The notes under the pieces were generated by a model. That model did no database searches. It saw only the letters and a list, made by a program, of their open reading frames with translations, and was not told the origin of the DNA. DNA of 64,000 nt from Candidatus Poribacteria bacterium. GTDB taxonomy: Bacteria > Poribacteria > WGA-4E > JAJDTR01. The position numbers were made by a program, and so were the translations under genes. The stretch is taken from assembly GCA_965222225.1 (NCBI GenBank), contig CBDCTK010000002.1, positions 1,984,001 through 2,048,000 on the forward strand. Reading direction: 5' to 3'. The first letter of the stretch is position 1. Every line of letters starts with the position of its first letter. Shown here one piece after another: positions 1 through 10,067 of the stretch.

Positions 1-179
1 TCGGCATAAGAACCCAAGCCGTACACCTCGTAGAACGCATCGGGACTCGTGCCGCCATGCAATTCGACAAGTTCCAGGGGTTCTTCAACGAGATTTACAA
101 TCGGGGTTGAATTATCTACATGAGCACTCATGCCGTTGCATGAGAGAAGAAGCGCTAATAAAGCGAGTAATACTTTCAC
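1..179 (-). CDS. Exported or lipoprotein hypothetical protein, 5' part only (runs off window)
   Basis: Not in ORF track. AGGAG RBS then GTG: MKVLLALLALLLSCNGMSAH..., signal peptide with lipobox-like LLSC, open to window edge. Confidence 0.6.
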   Translation of the reverse strand, partial: MKVLLALLALLLSCNGMSAHVDNSTPIVNLVEEPLELVELHGGTSPDAFYEVYGLGSYA

Positions 180-404
180 GGGGAATCTCCTAATGTACAA
201 GAAGGGACTGAGCTTTCGGGTCTTTGTGCTCAGCCTCGTGCGGATTGGTCGTCGTTGAATCGGTTAATTTCGTTTCGAGCGTTGACTGCGATTGAAGTTG
301 AAAGCCTCGGTGGTGGTGACCATCAAGGCTTTTTTCGTGTCCGCGTGTCGTCGATTCCGCGCTGACTTGCACGGTATTCGTTCACAACTCCACATGCAGG
401 CGCA

Positions 405-701
405 TCAATGAGAGGAGACAATCCGCTCTGTTGCCCACTTTATTAACGGGATGGTTAAGATTGCGACGCCGACGCCTAACAGAACGTTGCCAACGGTGAG
501 ATAGAAAAATCTGTGCTTGTGGGTCTTGTCTCTTAATCTCCGTAGAATTAGAAACCCGACGATTGCTAAGATGCTTGCGACTATGAACTTTTGGTCGTTT
601 GACCAAGAGTCAGTGAAGAGATGGAAGATTATCATTATTGCCGTGAACACGAAACAGCTAATTGCTACGGCGATGAGATCGTTGGGAGATATTTTTTCCA
701 T
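405..701 (-). CDS. Small hypothetical membrane protein (about 3 TM)
   Basis: 98 aa ORF with three hydrophobic segments. Confidence 0.5.
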   Translation of the reverse strand: MEKISPNDLIAVAISCFVFTAIMIIFHLFTDSWSNDQKFIVASILAIVGFLILRRLRDKTHKHRFFYLTVGNVLLGVGVAILTIPLIKWATERIVSSH

Positions 702-709
702 ACGCGGTG

Positions 710-1045
710 CTAATACAACCTGTCGAAAAAGGCGCTGACAAAGATGGCTGCGTTCGTTCCAGTGACAGCCGCTGCGATTGCGGCGTAATAAAAGAGATGT
801 TTATAACGTTGGTAACTAATCGCCCCAAACCCTAGAATGCCGCGGAATGTGAGGGCATGTCCGATAATGTGGGAGGTATCAGTGTCGGTATTCGCCGTGG
901 TGATTGGAGCAGATACGCCCACTATGTTCACAACGGCGATTATAACCCGTATACGTATAAGGAAATCTGGCGCTTTATCTGGGGAGTTCATTGAAGTCAG
1001 AGCGAACTTACCATGTTGCGTCAACGATGAACGATGCCAGTGCAT
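710..1045 (-). CDS. Small hypothetical membrane protein (start uncertain)
   Basis: Hydrophobic ORF ending 8 bp before the next gene on the same strand. Confidence 0.35.
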   Translation of the reverse strand: MHWHRSSLTQHGKFALTSMNSPDKAPDFLIRIRVIIAVVNIVGVSAPITTANTDTDTSHIIGHALTFRGILGFGAISYQRYKHLFYYAAIAAAVTGTNAAIFVSAFFDRLY

Positions 1046-1579
1046 TAGAAATGACGGTCAAGCGTTGTTACGTTGAAAACTATATTCAGCACGCAAAGCA
1101 TACCATACTCACGCAACAGAATTATCAAGAATGTCCGCACACAAGAGAGACAATGTTTGTTTTCGTTTCAACGAGGTTGTGGATGACGCGGTTGTCGGAG
1201 AAAACCGGCTCTCAGCGATGCGGATAGTATAGCGCGCCTCGTGCGTTATGTAAAAACTTACCTTTCGGCGGTAATGGCGTGGAATCCGGGGATCGCTGCG
1301 TACGGCTGCAGGGCACAATCGGTCTCGGAGAATGGCGTTGACGGGTTAAAGAATTCCTATCGATCAACTGACCGAATAGGGAAGGCGATAGGAATTCTTG
1401 CTCGCTGTAAAATCTCTATCGCACTCGCTAATCGCTCGCTTGACTGGCCGCGACCGGGAGAGGGAGCTCTATCGCAGTCATTATCCATTCCTTTGATCCT
1501 ACAAGAAATGGTGGGCGGCGCCCACCCTACAGGAGCTCTATCGCGCGGGATTTGCCGCGGGAATCGGTGCGGACAGAGT

Positions 1580-1601
1580 CGGGGCAAGATGCCCCTCCTA
1601 C
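1580..1601 (-). repeat. REP family B (CGGGGCAAGATGCCCCTCCTAC)
   Basis: Imperfect palindrome ending CCTAC (GTAG on minus). Copies near 21600 and 35218; interrupted copies near 3222, 7634, 9853. Confidence 0.75.
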
Positions 1602-1982
1602 GGTGTATTTGTTTGTATCCAGCGAGAAGAACGGCGGTGCAGGATGCGCACCTTACAACGGCTAAAGGGCGGTGCGGGGGAACCTTAGGGGATTTCTATC
1701 GCACGGGATCTACTATCGCCCTCACTATTCGTTCGGTTGATCGTTATCCATTCGTTTGATTCCCTCCTACAAATTGGTTAATCGCCCGTTGTCCAGTCGA
1801 AAAAGGACATTCTTTGTCTGGTAACTCGATTGTCATCTGTGCGATAATATGACACTGATAAGGTATTTGGACTACCCCGGATTGGTCAGATTTTCTACCT
1901 CAAGGGATTTGCTATAGGAACCCTATCCGGACTTGCTATCGCACGGGATTTTCTATCGCGGTCACTAATCGGTCGGCTGAGG

Positions 1983-2008
1983 GGTCGCGACCGGGAGGTC
2001 GCTCCTAC
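1983..2008 (-). repeat. REP family A (GGTCGCGACCGGGAGGTCGCTCCTAC)
   Basis: GTAG-ended hairpin. Related copies near 3182, 7932, 19982, 32368, 33677, 34931, 54679, 58308, 59442. Confidence 0.8.
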
Positions 2009-2054
2009 AAGAAATCATTCATTCGCTTGATCCTTCCTAGGAGAACCTGACACA

Positions 2055-2996
2055 ATGTATAGCGCTGCAAAAATCTTTGAACAGATTCCGAACTTCCCGT
2101 CCTGTCATGCGTCAACGATTGCGGAGATGCCCGACGGAGAGCTGCTTGCCGCATGGTATGCCGGATCGCGAGAAGGGGCGAAAGATGTGGCGATCTTTAC
2201 CTCCCGACGGACATACGGGGGTGAACGCTGGATGCAGCCGGAAATGGTTGTGAACACTCCGAATTGCTCGGAAGGCAACCCTGTCTTGTTTGTCGATGCG
2301 AACCGTCAGATCTGGCTGTTCTACGTTACGATGTATGGCAACCATTGGAAACAGTGCAAGATGTATTACCAGAAGTCGAGCGCGATGGGAAATAGTTGGG
2401 ATGAGAGAGGTGTTCTCCGCGATGAGTTGGGGTGGATGACGCGCAACAAACCGCTCTATCTCTCAAACGGCGAAATCTTGCTGCCGGTCTATGATGAACG
2501 CAATTGGCATTCAATGGTGATGATTTCCGGCAATGGCGGCGAGACATGGAACACGTATGGAGATTTGTCGAGCCCGAAGGGCGTCATCCAGCCAACCGTT
2601 GTTCAGCGGGATGACGGTAGTTTGCTGATGCTAATGCGCAGTCGGGATGGCGAGATTTGGCGTTCAACCTCCAATGATTTGGGACAGAGCTGGGAGGCGG
2701 CACACCCAACGGATCTGCCGAATCCCAACTGCGGAGTTGATATGGCGCGCTTGCACAATGGAAACATCGCTCTCGTTTACAATGACACACGGCGTGGGCG
2801 AACACCTCTGACAGTCGCGCTATCTATCGACGAAGGGGAAACGTGGGGATACAAACAACATCTCGAAATCGAGGAGGGAGAATACTCCTATCCCGCCATT
2901 ATTCAAGCCCAAGACGGCGGTATCCATATCACCTATACCTACCGACGCATCAGCATCATGCACGTTGAAGTCGATGAGGCGTGGATTCGCGACTAA
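2055..2996 (+). CDS. Sialidase-like BNR/Asp-box repeat glycosidase
   Basis: CHASTI start, Asp boxes (SGNGGETW, SNDLGQSW, SIDEGETW), EYSYP motif, AGGAG RBS. Confidence 0.85.
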   Translation: MYSAAKIFEQIPNFPSCHASTIAEMPDGELLAAWYAGSREGAKDVAIFTSRRTYGGERWMQPEMVVNTPNCSEGNPVLFVDANRQIWLFYVTMYGNHWKQCKMYYQKSSAMGNSWDERGVLRDELGWMTRNKPLYLSNGEILLPVYDERNWHSMVMISGNGGETWNTYGDLSSPKGVIQPTVVQRDDGSLLMLMRSRDGEIWRSTSNDLGQSWEAAHPTDLPNPNCGVDMARLHNGNIALVYNDTRRGRTPLTVALSIDEGETWGYKQHLEIEEGEYSYPAIIQAQDGGIHITYTYRRISIMHVEVDEAWIRD

Positions 2997-3085
2997 GAGC
3001 CTGTTTTGAATAATCGGTGGCAAAGCCATTTGTGGTCATTTGTAGGGAGTTTTTCATGTTTTTATTGTTGTCTGCTGCGTACCTG

Positions 3086-3363
3086 TAGGATCTCTATCGC
3101 AATGGAATCTCTATCGCGGTCGCTATTTGCTCCCTTGATCCTTCCTTAATCAGTCGGTTGATCCTCATTCAGTTGCTTGATGGTCGCGACCGGGAGGTCG
3201 CTCCTACGGGATAGCTTTAGGCGGGGCAAGATGGGATCTCTATCGCACTCGCAGAAAGGCTGGTAAAATCTCAATCAGAATCTTCTATCGCCATCACAAT
3301 GGGATCTCTATCAAGAATTCCTATCGGGATTCTCTATCGCACTCGCTATCCGCTCGCTTGATC
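3086..3363. repeat. Covarying-hairpin element cluster
   Basis: Cores at 3111 and 3334, truncated tandem copies 3141-3181, iterated GGGATCTCTATC subunits 3233-3333. Confidence 0.85.
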
Positions 3364-4146
3364 ATCCGCGACGGGCACGTATTCCGGAAAGACCTTCGGA
3401 TAACGGCGTCCGGTTGAGACCTGACGCGTTGCCGCATCAATATAGCATACACTGAATGCTCGCCGCGGACGATTCGTGGTGTTGACCTCCGAGCGGTGCA
3501 ACGTCCAGTTGTGGAGCAGCGCGACCTCTCCCATCTCCATCTCCAGATAAAGCCGCTTCTCGTTCGGTGCGTGGATCGCTCGCTCCTCGGGAGATAACAA
3601 ATCGCCTTTTTCGGGGATGGGGCTTTTGTGCGACCCCGGAATAATTTGCAGACAGCCGTTGGCGACGCTCGTCGCATCCATCGCGGTCCAGATTGTCACC
3701 TTTGGCGGAATGCTCAACCTCCAGCCGCCTGCGCCATCTTGATGCCAATTGATGGGGATCCCTCGCCCCGCAGGCTTGTTGAAGAACATCGTCCGAAAGG
3801 CGGAGATCCCCTCGCCGATAATCTTCCGTGTAATGTCCCGAAACAGCGGGTGTTGTATGTAAGGGAGAAACAATGGGTCCTGTTCAAGGTCTTGAACTTT
3901 TCGGTAGTTTAGCGTAGAACCCTTCAACACCTTTGTCTGCTTCGATAATTCCTGATGGCCGGCTGACGGGCATAACTGCATGAGCATGTTGTCGTAGCGA
4001 ATCTTCCCCAGCATGATATCATCAATACGCTGGCAAAGTGCTTTAATCTCTTCGTCCGGTGCGACTTTGCCCAAACGTACATAGCCCTGTTCCTGAAATG
4101 TCGCAAGCTCGTCGTTAGTCAAGATGGGACCGTGCAGCTTTGTCAT
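3346..4146 (-). CDS. Phytanoyl-CoA dioxygenase (PhyH) family protein
   Basis: WHQD...HRS Fe(II)/2OG triad, NGCLQIIPGSHK. Confidence 0.9.
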   Translation of the reverse strand: MTKLHGPILTNDELATFQEQGYVRLGKVAPDEEIKALCQRIDDIMLGKIRYDNMLMQLCPSAGHQELSKQTKVLKGSTLNYRKVQDLEQDPLFLPYIQHPLFRDITRKIIGEGISAFRTMFFNKPAGRGIPINWHQDGAGGWRLSIPPKVTIWTAMDATSVANGCLQIIPGSHKSPIPEKGDLLSPEERAIHAPNEKRLYLEMEMGEVALLHNWTLHRSEVNTTNRPRRAFSVCYIDAATRQVSTGRRYPKVFPEYVPVADDQASG

Positions 4147-4319
4147 CGTAGCGCCTCCTGAGAGCGTATGAGGGATATTTGGGTGTATCTACGGGAACGT
4201 GTGGAGTTGGGTTTCGCGGTGCTCTTTGGGATTTCTATCATTTGCTTGATTCCGCCTTACAACCGGCTGTTGAAAAAGGAGCGGGCGCGGAGACCGCGCC
4301 CCTACGGGGGAGGCACGAT

Positions 4320-4548
4320 CGGTCGGTCAGTTGATGATCGCGACCGGGAGGGAGGATTTACTATCGCCCTCACTATCCGTTCGCTTGATCGCTCCTACAG
4401 GGCGGGTTTAGCTATGGGATTGCTATCGCACTCGCTATCCGCTCGGTTGATCGATAGAGATCTTGATAGCAAAGAAGCAGCTGACTGATAGGGAACAAGA
4501 GTTACTATCGCGTTCGTTATCCACTCACTTGATCGCGCGCTTGATCCC
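4320..4548. repeat. Covarying-hairpin element cluster
   Basis: Cores at 4361 (inside a family A REP), 4423 and 4505, plus partials. Confidence 0.85.
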
Positions 4549-4565
4549 GTGTGTTCAATTCGGCG

Positions 4566-6443
4566 CTAGCGGGGGAAGTCCCACAACAGTATCGTGCCGT
4601 CGAGGCCCGCACTCACCAGTGTGCTGCCGTCCGAGCTAAAAACGAGGCTGCGGACCCACTCACTGTGTGCCTTCAGTGTCTTCCGGTGCGCACCGGTGTC
4701 GGCGTCCCAAAAATCGATGCTGCCGTCCGTGCCCCCAGTTGCTACTTCGCCGCCATTCGGGGTGAAAACCACACTCATGGCACCCATTTCCGGTTGAAGC
4801 GTGTGGCGATTCGCGCCTGTCTTGGTGTCCCAGAGCCGCACGGTTTTGTCGCCGCTAACGCTTGCCAGCGCGCCGCCGTCCGGACTGAAGGCGACGCTAA
4901 CGATGTCCAACTCATGCCCCTTCAGTGTGTGTAGAGGGGTGCCCTCTGCCGTATCAAATAGACGAATCGTATAGTCGTCGCTACCGCTCGCCAGCAGTTT
5001 ACCATCGGCGCTGAACGCGAGACTGGTGCGAACCGGTCGATATATGGTCATCGGTACACGTGCGGTTTCCCATTTGAGCGATTTCAGTTCCGCGCCTGTT
5101 TTGGCGTCCCACAGCGTGGCGGAACTGACGCCATCTCCGCTGGCGAACATGGAGCCGTCGGAACTGTATGCAAAGATAACGTCATCTCCGGCATCGGGTA
5201 CCAAGGTTCTCAGTTCGCTGCCTGTCATAACATCCCAGAGTCTAATGCTGTGAAAATCGTCTCCCCTCACCAATGTTTGTCCATCTGCGCTAAAGACGAA
5301 ATTGGGCGACAGGGACATATCGTGCAGAAACGAACGCTTGTATGCCCCCGTGACAGCATCCCACACACGAATGGGGGATCTTCCGCCCGCACTTGCCAGC
5401 GTCGTGCCATCCTGGCTGATAGCCACGAAATCGAACGAGTCGAGATGCCCTCCCATGCTACCCAAGTGTGCGCCTGTTGCTGTTTTCCACAGGTTGATGG
5501 TGGTACCCGCGGTCGCCATTCGCGTCCCATCGGGGCTGAACGCAATCGCGATAATCCTATCCGTATGCCTTCGCAGCGTTCGCAGAAGTTCCCCCGTGGC
5601 GGCATCCCACAATCGGGCAGAATTGTCGCTGTACCCGCACGCCAGCGTGCTTCCATCCGGGCTGAATGTCATGCACCCGACCCAAGTCTCCCAATCCTCC
5701 AGTTGACGCAGATGATTGCCGGTGCCGACATCCCACAAACGAATACTATCGCGTCCACTCCCACTTGCCAGCATCGATCCGTCCGGGCTAAATGCAACGC
5801 TCGAAATGTACTCCGTATGTCCTACCAGGGCGCGCAGATGTTCTCCCGTTGACGCATCCCATACGTCAATGTTGTTGTTGGCAAAACTCCAACTTGCCAG
5901 CATTGTGCTATTCGGGCTGAATACCGCACCTACGCCCCTAGACGACATATCTTCCTGTGTCCGCGCATCGAATGACTGTTCCTCCTCACCCGTCAAGGTA
6001 TCCCAAAAACGGACGGTATTGTCAAAATCTACGCTTCCCAGTGTGGAGCCGTCACGACTAAAAATCACGTCGATGATTCTCGACGTGTGACCCTCCAACG
6101 TGCGCAGATGCGCGCCTGTTGAAGCATTCCAGAAACGAATGGTTCCGTCCGAACTTCCACTCGCCAATACACTCCCATCCGGGCTATAGGCTAAGCACCA
6201 GACAACACCTGCATGGGCAGCGAACAGGGCGGCTTCCTTACGGTTCGATGTGTCGTATATCCAGATCCCGATGCCTGTTCCCACCGCGAGCCGAGTGCCA
6301 TCGGGCGAATACTGTATTTGGGTAATCTTACCGTTTCCAATGCGCAATCTAGCGCCGTCGGGCAGTCCCGATTGAGGGAATTCTTGGGCGGCGCCCAGTG
6401 TGGAGAGCACAAAAAGTGATAGTAAGGTCAAAAATATCTTCAT
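4566..6443 (-). CDS. Exported WD40-repeat protein
   Basis: Signal peptide, LPDGARLRIGNG start, many GH...FSPDG..LASGS.D..IRLWD repeats. Confidence 0.92.
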   Translation of the reverse strand: MKIFLTLLSLFVLSTLGAAQEFPQSGLPDGARLRIGNGKITQIQYSPDGTRLAVGTGIGIWIYDTSNRKEAALFAAHAGVVWCLAYSPDGSVLASGSSDGTIRFWNASTGAHLRTLEGHTSRIIDVIFSRDGSTLGSVDFDNTVRFWDTLTGEEEQSFDARTQEDMSSRGVGAVFSPNSTMLASWSFANNNIDVWDASTGEHLRALVGHTEYISSVAFSPDGSMLASGSGRDSIRLWDVGTGNHLRQLEDWETWVGCMTFSPDGSTLACGYSDNSARLWDAATGELLRTLRRHTDRIIAIAFSPDGTRMATAGTTINLWKTATGAHLGSMGGHLDSFDFVAISQDGTTLASAGGRSPIRVWDAVTGAYKRSFLHDMSLSPNFVFSADGQTLVRGDDFHSIRLWDVMTGSELRTLVPDAGDDVIFAYSSDGSMFASGDGVSSATLWDAKTGAELKSLKWETARVPMTIYRPVRTSLAFSADGKLLASGSDDYTIRLFDTAEGTPLHTLKGHELDIVSVAFSPDGGALASVSGDKTVRLWDTKTGANRHTLQPEMGAMSVVFTPNGGEVATGGTDGSIDFWDADTGAHRKTLKAHSEWVRSLVFSSDGSTLVSAGLDGTILLWDFPR

Positions 6444-6527
6444 CTCAATACCTCCTACATTTTATGGATAATGGGAGATTGTTAAATCCCCGACTGCTCA
6501 ATACAAAGACTCAAAGGCTGGTGCACA

Positions 6528-6585
6528 GGGGAACTCTATCGCGCTCATTATTCATTCGCTTGATCGTTATTCACTCAGTTGATCG
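6528..6585 (+). repeat. Covarying-hairpin element plus truncated tandem copy
   Basis: Core at 6536-6565 followed by gttattcactcagttgatc. Confidence 0.85.
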
Positions 6586-6609
6586 GTCGTGTTGTGCATG
6601 GATGTTGGG

Positions 6610-7107
6610 TCAGAAACGGGGAGCGGTGAAACGAATTAGCAGACCTATTCCGACTACGACAACTAGCACCCACAGCACTATATTGCCTGTCTCTCTATCA
6701 CTTTGCTCGCGCCGCTTGTGCATTTCAATCTCCGTCCTGAGGTTGGCCATTTCCACCTCTGCATCCGCTAGTGCAAGTTTAAGTTTGGCATTCTCTTCCC
6801 TCAATTGCTTTATTGTCCTGCCCTGATTCTGTTCGCCATCTTGACCGGGTAAGCGTTTATCAGGTACCGTGGATATGGGTGTCTCAACCTTGGCGATGGT
6901 TTCAGGTATGATGTCTCCAATCTTTGGCTCGGACTGCACGTCGGCTAGCAGAACGAGACTCCAGGTGCCCAAGTAGGTGAACACACAAAACACAACAAGG
7001 ATTAGCATGAATCGCGAAGGGTACCCCTGAACGTGCATAATGTTGTTTCCTCGCGAAATACTCAGTCGCGAGACATGGGGAGAGCCTCGTATTCGTGTCG
7101 TTTTCAT
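6610..7107 (-). CDS. Hypothetical membrane-anchored coiled-coil protein (start uncertain)
   Basis: N- and C-terminal TM segments flanking a coiled coil. Confidence 0.55.
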   Translation of the reverse strand: MKTTRIRGSPHVSRLSISRGNNIMHVQGYPSRFMLILVVFCVFTYLGTWSLVLLADVQSEPKIGDIIPETIAKVETPISTVPDKRLPGQDGEQNQGRTIKQLREENAKLKLALADAEVEMANLRTEIEMHKRREQSDRETGNIVLWVLVVVVGIGLLIRFTAPRF

Positions 7108-7200
7108 AGGTTAACCCGGTTTTTGCGATTTGTCAACTGACACACCAGCATAGTCAGACACAAGTCATGTTGTATGTGTCGGTCGCTATTCATTCCCTTA

Positions 7201-7459
7201 GAGCCTGCTTGAAAAATAGATGTCAAAGCCATTCTGAAGCTGTTGAGTGCTATAATCTGTCGGTCCGCTGGGGCTTAAGTGCGTGGGGTTTCGGCGTTTC
7301 TACACACCTTCAAGATCTCTATCGCACTCGCTAATCGCTCGGTTGATCCCACTCTGGGGCTTTTAGATGCTGGTGCCCTGTGCGCACCCTACAAGAGCCC
7401 TGATGAAAACCTTGGTTTTGAGGCGAAATGTGCGACAAAATGAATTTTCAAGCAGGCTC
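7201..7459. mobile_element. MITE with IS5-family (IS1031-like) ends
   Basis: 15-bp perfect TIR GAGCCTGCTTGAAAA (7201-7215 / 7445-7459) flanked by TTA direct repeats. Related left ends near 2997 and 9559. Confidence 0.7.
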
Positions 7460-8000
7460 TTAATGGCGCGCTACAAAAACTCAAAAGCTGGTGCAGGATC
7501 TCTTTCGCAGTCATTGTTCATTCCTTTGAACGGTGCCCACCCTCCATCTTGCTCGTTTGAGGATGGTGGGCGGGTGATTTCAGCGCTACGCGAAGGATGC
7601 TAGTCGCGAAGCAGATTGTTACACGGTGGTCAGCGGGGCAAGGAGATCTCTATCGTCCTCGCTATCCGCTCGGTTGATCCCCGCCTACAGGGACGGATAG
7701 AGTATATCTGTTTGTATCTTCGGTATCCAATGAAGTTGGGTTTCGCTGTGCTCAACCCAACCTACGTCGTTGATTGGGTGTCTACCACATTGTGCTCCTC
7801 GCGAGCGCTTGAGAGAAACATGTACCCGTTCTATCGACATGGCGCACCTCCCGAGCCAGGAGTGGAGACGGTACGGGGTCGGAGGGATTTCTATTGGGGG
7901 TTCTATCCCAGTCACTATTCGCTCCATTGATGGTCGCGATTCGGAGATCGCTCCTACGGGGCGGGATTTACTATCGCCCTCCCTAATCAGTCGGTTGATC
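7312..8000. repeat. Covarying-hairpin element and REP cluster
   Basis: Cores at 7319, 7502, 7650, 7903, 7971. Confidence 0.85.
7735..7765 (-). repeat. REP family D (GTTGGGTTTC...CAACCCAACCTAC)
   Basis: GTAG-ended hairpin. Related copies near 47177, 50791, 58165. Confidence 0.7.
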
Positions 8001-8158
8001 CCCATACGGGGGATGGGATTTCGCGCCACTTTTGCTTGACTGAGACGGATTATAGTGCCATACTTCTATGGTACGGGAAACGGGAAGGATATCTGCCACG
8101 CCTAGGGGGCGTGACAGGATTCTTGAGGAGTTTCAGATAAAAAACAGTGAGGTGATTA

Positions 8159-9355
8159 ATGATGTTCACAAGTCGGATCGCAACTTTGGTTATTGTATGC
8201 CTGATTGCAGCCCCAGTTCTCGTGTTGTCCTCCTGCGATGAACTCGTGTCTATTTTGTCCGGGGGAGACATTGTCGAAGCGCCTGATGCAGTTTCTGTCG
8301 GCGTGGTTCTGCCGCGGACGGGCTATCTCGGTCCGGGCGAATTTGGTCCCGGCGCGCTTGTTATGGAGAACGGTTTTAACTTGGCGCTCGAAGAGATTAG
8401 CTACTCGCAACCCGAGAAGGCAATCCTGAAGTTCATCATTGAGGACGATCGAAGCACCGTAGACGGCGCGGTTGCCGCATTCAACACACTGATACATCAA
8501 GACAAAGTGCCGGTAATTCTCGGAGTTTGGACGTCAGAGGTTGCGCAGACCGTCTTTTCGATTGCGCAGGAGAATCGGGTTGTGGCTTTCAGTCCTGTCG
8601 TGGTAGCAGGCGGGTTGACCGAAATTGGCGACTTTATTTTTCGCGCGGCGCAACCCACGGATGTGCTTATTCCCGCGGGGGTTAAGGTGACGCAGGAGCA
8701 ACTCGGCTATCAACGGGTGGCGACAATTGCCGACTCTGACGATCATTTCGCCCGGACCAGCAGCGAAGAGCTAGAGCAGACGCTAAGTGATTCCGGCGTC
8801 GAGATATTGCAAGCCGAGAACTTCCAATCAGGTGAAACAGACTTTAACGCACAACTTACTCGCATAAAGGACGCTGATCCGGAGGCGATCTTCGTGTCAG
8901 CTCAACAGATTGAGACGATTCTAATCTTTAAGCAGGCTCGCGCACTTGGCATTACCTCCGATGTTCCGTTTATCACTGCGTCGCTGTCGTCGGACGACAT
9001 AGAAAGTGCCGAGGGGGCTGCCGAGGGAGCAATTACTTTTGCGTCATGGAGCAGCAAAACGGACACGCCGGGAAACCAAGCGTTTGTCGAGAAATACCGC
9101 GCCCGGTACGGACGGGAGCCTAGCGTATGGTCTGCGCTGTCGTATGCGTCCGTTCATATCCTAGCCGAAGCCGTCGCGAATGCCGAATCGACGGATTCAG
9201 TCGGGATTCGAGACGCTTTGGCGAATATTAGCGATTTTGACACCGTTTTGGGGCAGTTTTCGTTTAATGAGGTCGGCGACGGGGCTTACGATCCAAAGGT
9301 ACTGATCGTGAGGGATGGTAGGCTTGAGGCGTTCGGAGAAGGCGGCACGCCGTAG
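8159..9355 (+). CDS. Branched-chain amino acid-type ABC substrate-binding lipoprotein (LivJ-like)
   Basis: Lipobox LSSC, VGVVLPRTG, IEDDRST, DFNAQLTRIK, LGQFSFNEVGD. Confidence 0.88.
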   Translation: MMFTSRIATLVIVCLIAAPVLVLSSCDELVSILSGGDIVEAPDAVSVGVVLPRTGYLGPGEFGPGALVMENGFNLALEEISYSQPEKAILKFIIEDDRSTVDGAVAAFNTLIHQDKVPVILGVWTSEVAQTVFSIAQENRVVAFSPVVVAGGLTEIGDFIFRAAQPTDVLIPAGVKVTQEQLGYQRVATIADSDDHFARTSSEELEQTLSDSGVEILQAENFQSGETDFNAQLTRIKDADPEAIFVSAQQIETILIFKQARALGITSDVPFITASLSSDDIESAEGAAEGAITFASWSSKTDTPGNQAFVEKYRARYGREPSVWSALSYASVHILAEAVANAESTDSVGIRDALANISDFDTVLGQFSFNEVGDGAYDPKVLIVRDGRLEAFGEGGTP

Positions 9356-9647
9356 CGGAACGTGTTAAGTGGAGAGTGACGAGTGGAGAGTGAAACCTAA
9401 CACCTCAATCCAGGCCTAGAGTTGATTGTAAAGTTGGGTTTCACTAGATTTGAAAGGGTTCTAAACGGAATCGTGTTCCTGGAAGGGAGTGTGAGGACGG
9501 GTGTTTATGACTGCAGCCGTTCAACCCAACCTACGTGTTGACTACAACTTTCCGATAAGAGCCTGTTTGAATAATCGGTGGCAAAGCAATTTCGGTCACT
9601 TTGGGCGCGGCTTTTTCATGCTTTTGTGGTAGCCTGCTACATACCTG

Positions 9648-10021
9648 TAGGATCTCTATCGCACTCACTATCCGTTCGTTTGATCCCCGCAGGGGCTTTA
9701 GATTTGTTGTGTTGTCTTCGTTCTATAAACCTTTCGCACCTCCGGTGCTTACAAAGGCTGGTGGGCGGGGGACCTCTTTCGCACAGGATCTACTATCGCC
9801 CTCCCTAATCAGTCGGTTGATCCCAACCTACGGACCTGATGCCTATGGGGGGCGGGGCAAGAAGATCTCTATCGCACTCACTATCCAGTCGATTGATCCC
9901 CTCCTACGAGTTAGATGAGGTAAGTTCTATGGGATCTCTATCGATCAACCGACTGTATAGAATCAACTGAGCGGATGGCGAAGGCAATAGCAAATCCTGC
10001 TCATTATCCATTCCCTTGTTC
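9648..10021. repeat. Covarying-hairpin element cluster between convergent genes
   Basis: Cores at 9656, 9793, 9869, 9961-9990(-), plus partials. Confidence 0.85.
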
Positions 10022-10044
10022 GCACGTTGTGGCCGTGAAAGGTT

Positions 10045-10065
10045 GGTGCGCGATGCGCACCCTAC
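10045..10065 (-). repeat. REP family C (GGTGCGCGATGCGCACCCTAC / GGTGGGCAGTGCCCACCCTAC)
   Basis: Intact copies at 10045 and 47402. Interrupted copies near 17530, 32290, 34961, 52630. Confidence 0.75.
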
Positions 10066-10067
10066 AA

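Larger units (their letters stand above)
1349..2032. repeat. Cluster of covarying-hairpin elements and GTAG-REPs
   Basis: Cores at 1362-1391(-), 1416, 1469, 1713, 1953, plus partials. REPs at 1580-1601 and 1983-2008. Confidence 0.85.

Noticed and set aside
1241-1759. ORFs containing SIALxIRSLD or IKRxxxExDR peptides (also 4168-4488, 7616-7930, 9601-9918, 62763-63014)
   Set aside because: These are translations of the hairpin element in arbitrary frames. The variation is explained by base-pair covariation, not codon constraint.
1349-2032. CRISPR array interpretation of the repeat clusters
   Set aside because: Repeats are not identical, spacing is irregular, orientation is mixed, and there are no unique fixed-length spacers or cas genes.
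3111-3363. Diversity-generating retroelement TR/VR explanation for the variable slots
   Set aside because: No reverse transcriptase in the window, the variation is paired rather than independent adenine mutagenesis, and copies are mostly intergenic.
9648-10021. Integron attC sites
   Set aside because: No RYYYAAC...GTTRRRY boxes, too short, no one-per-cassette arrangement and no integrase seen.
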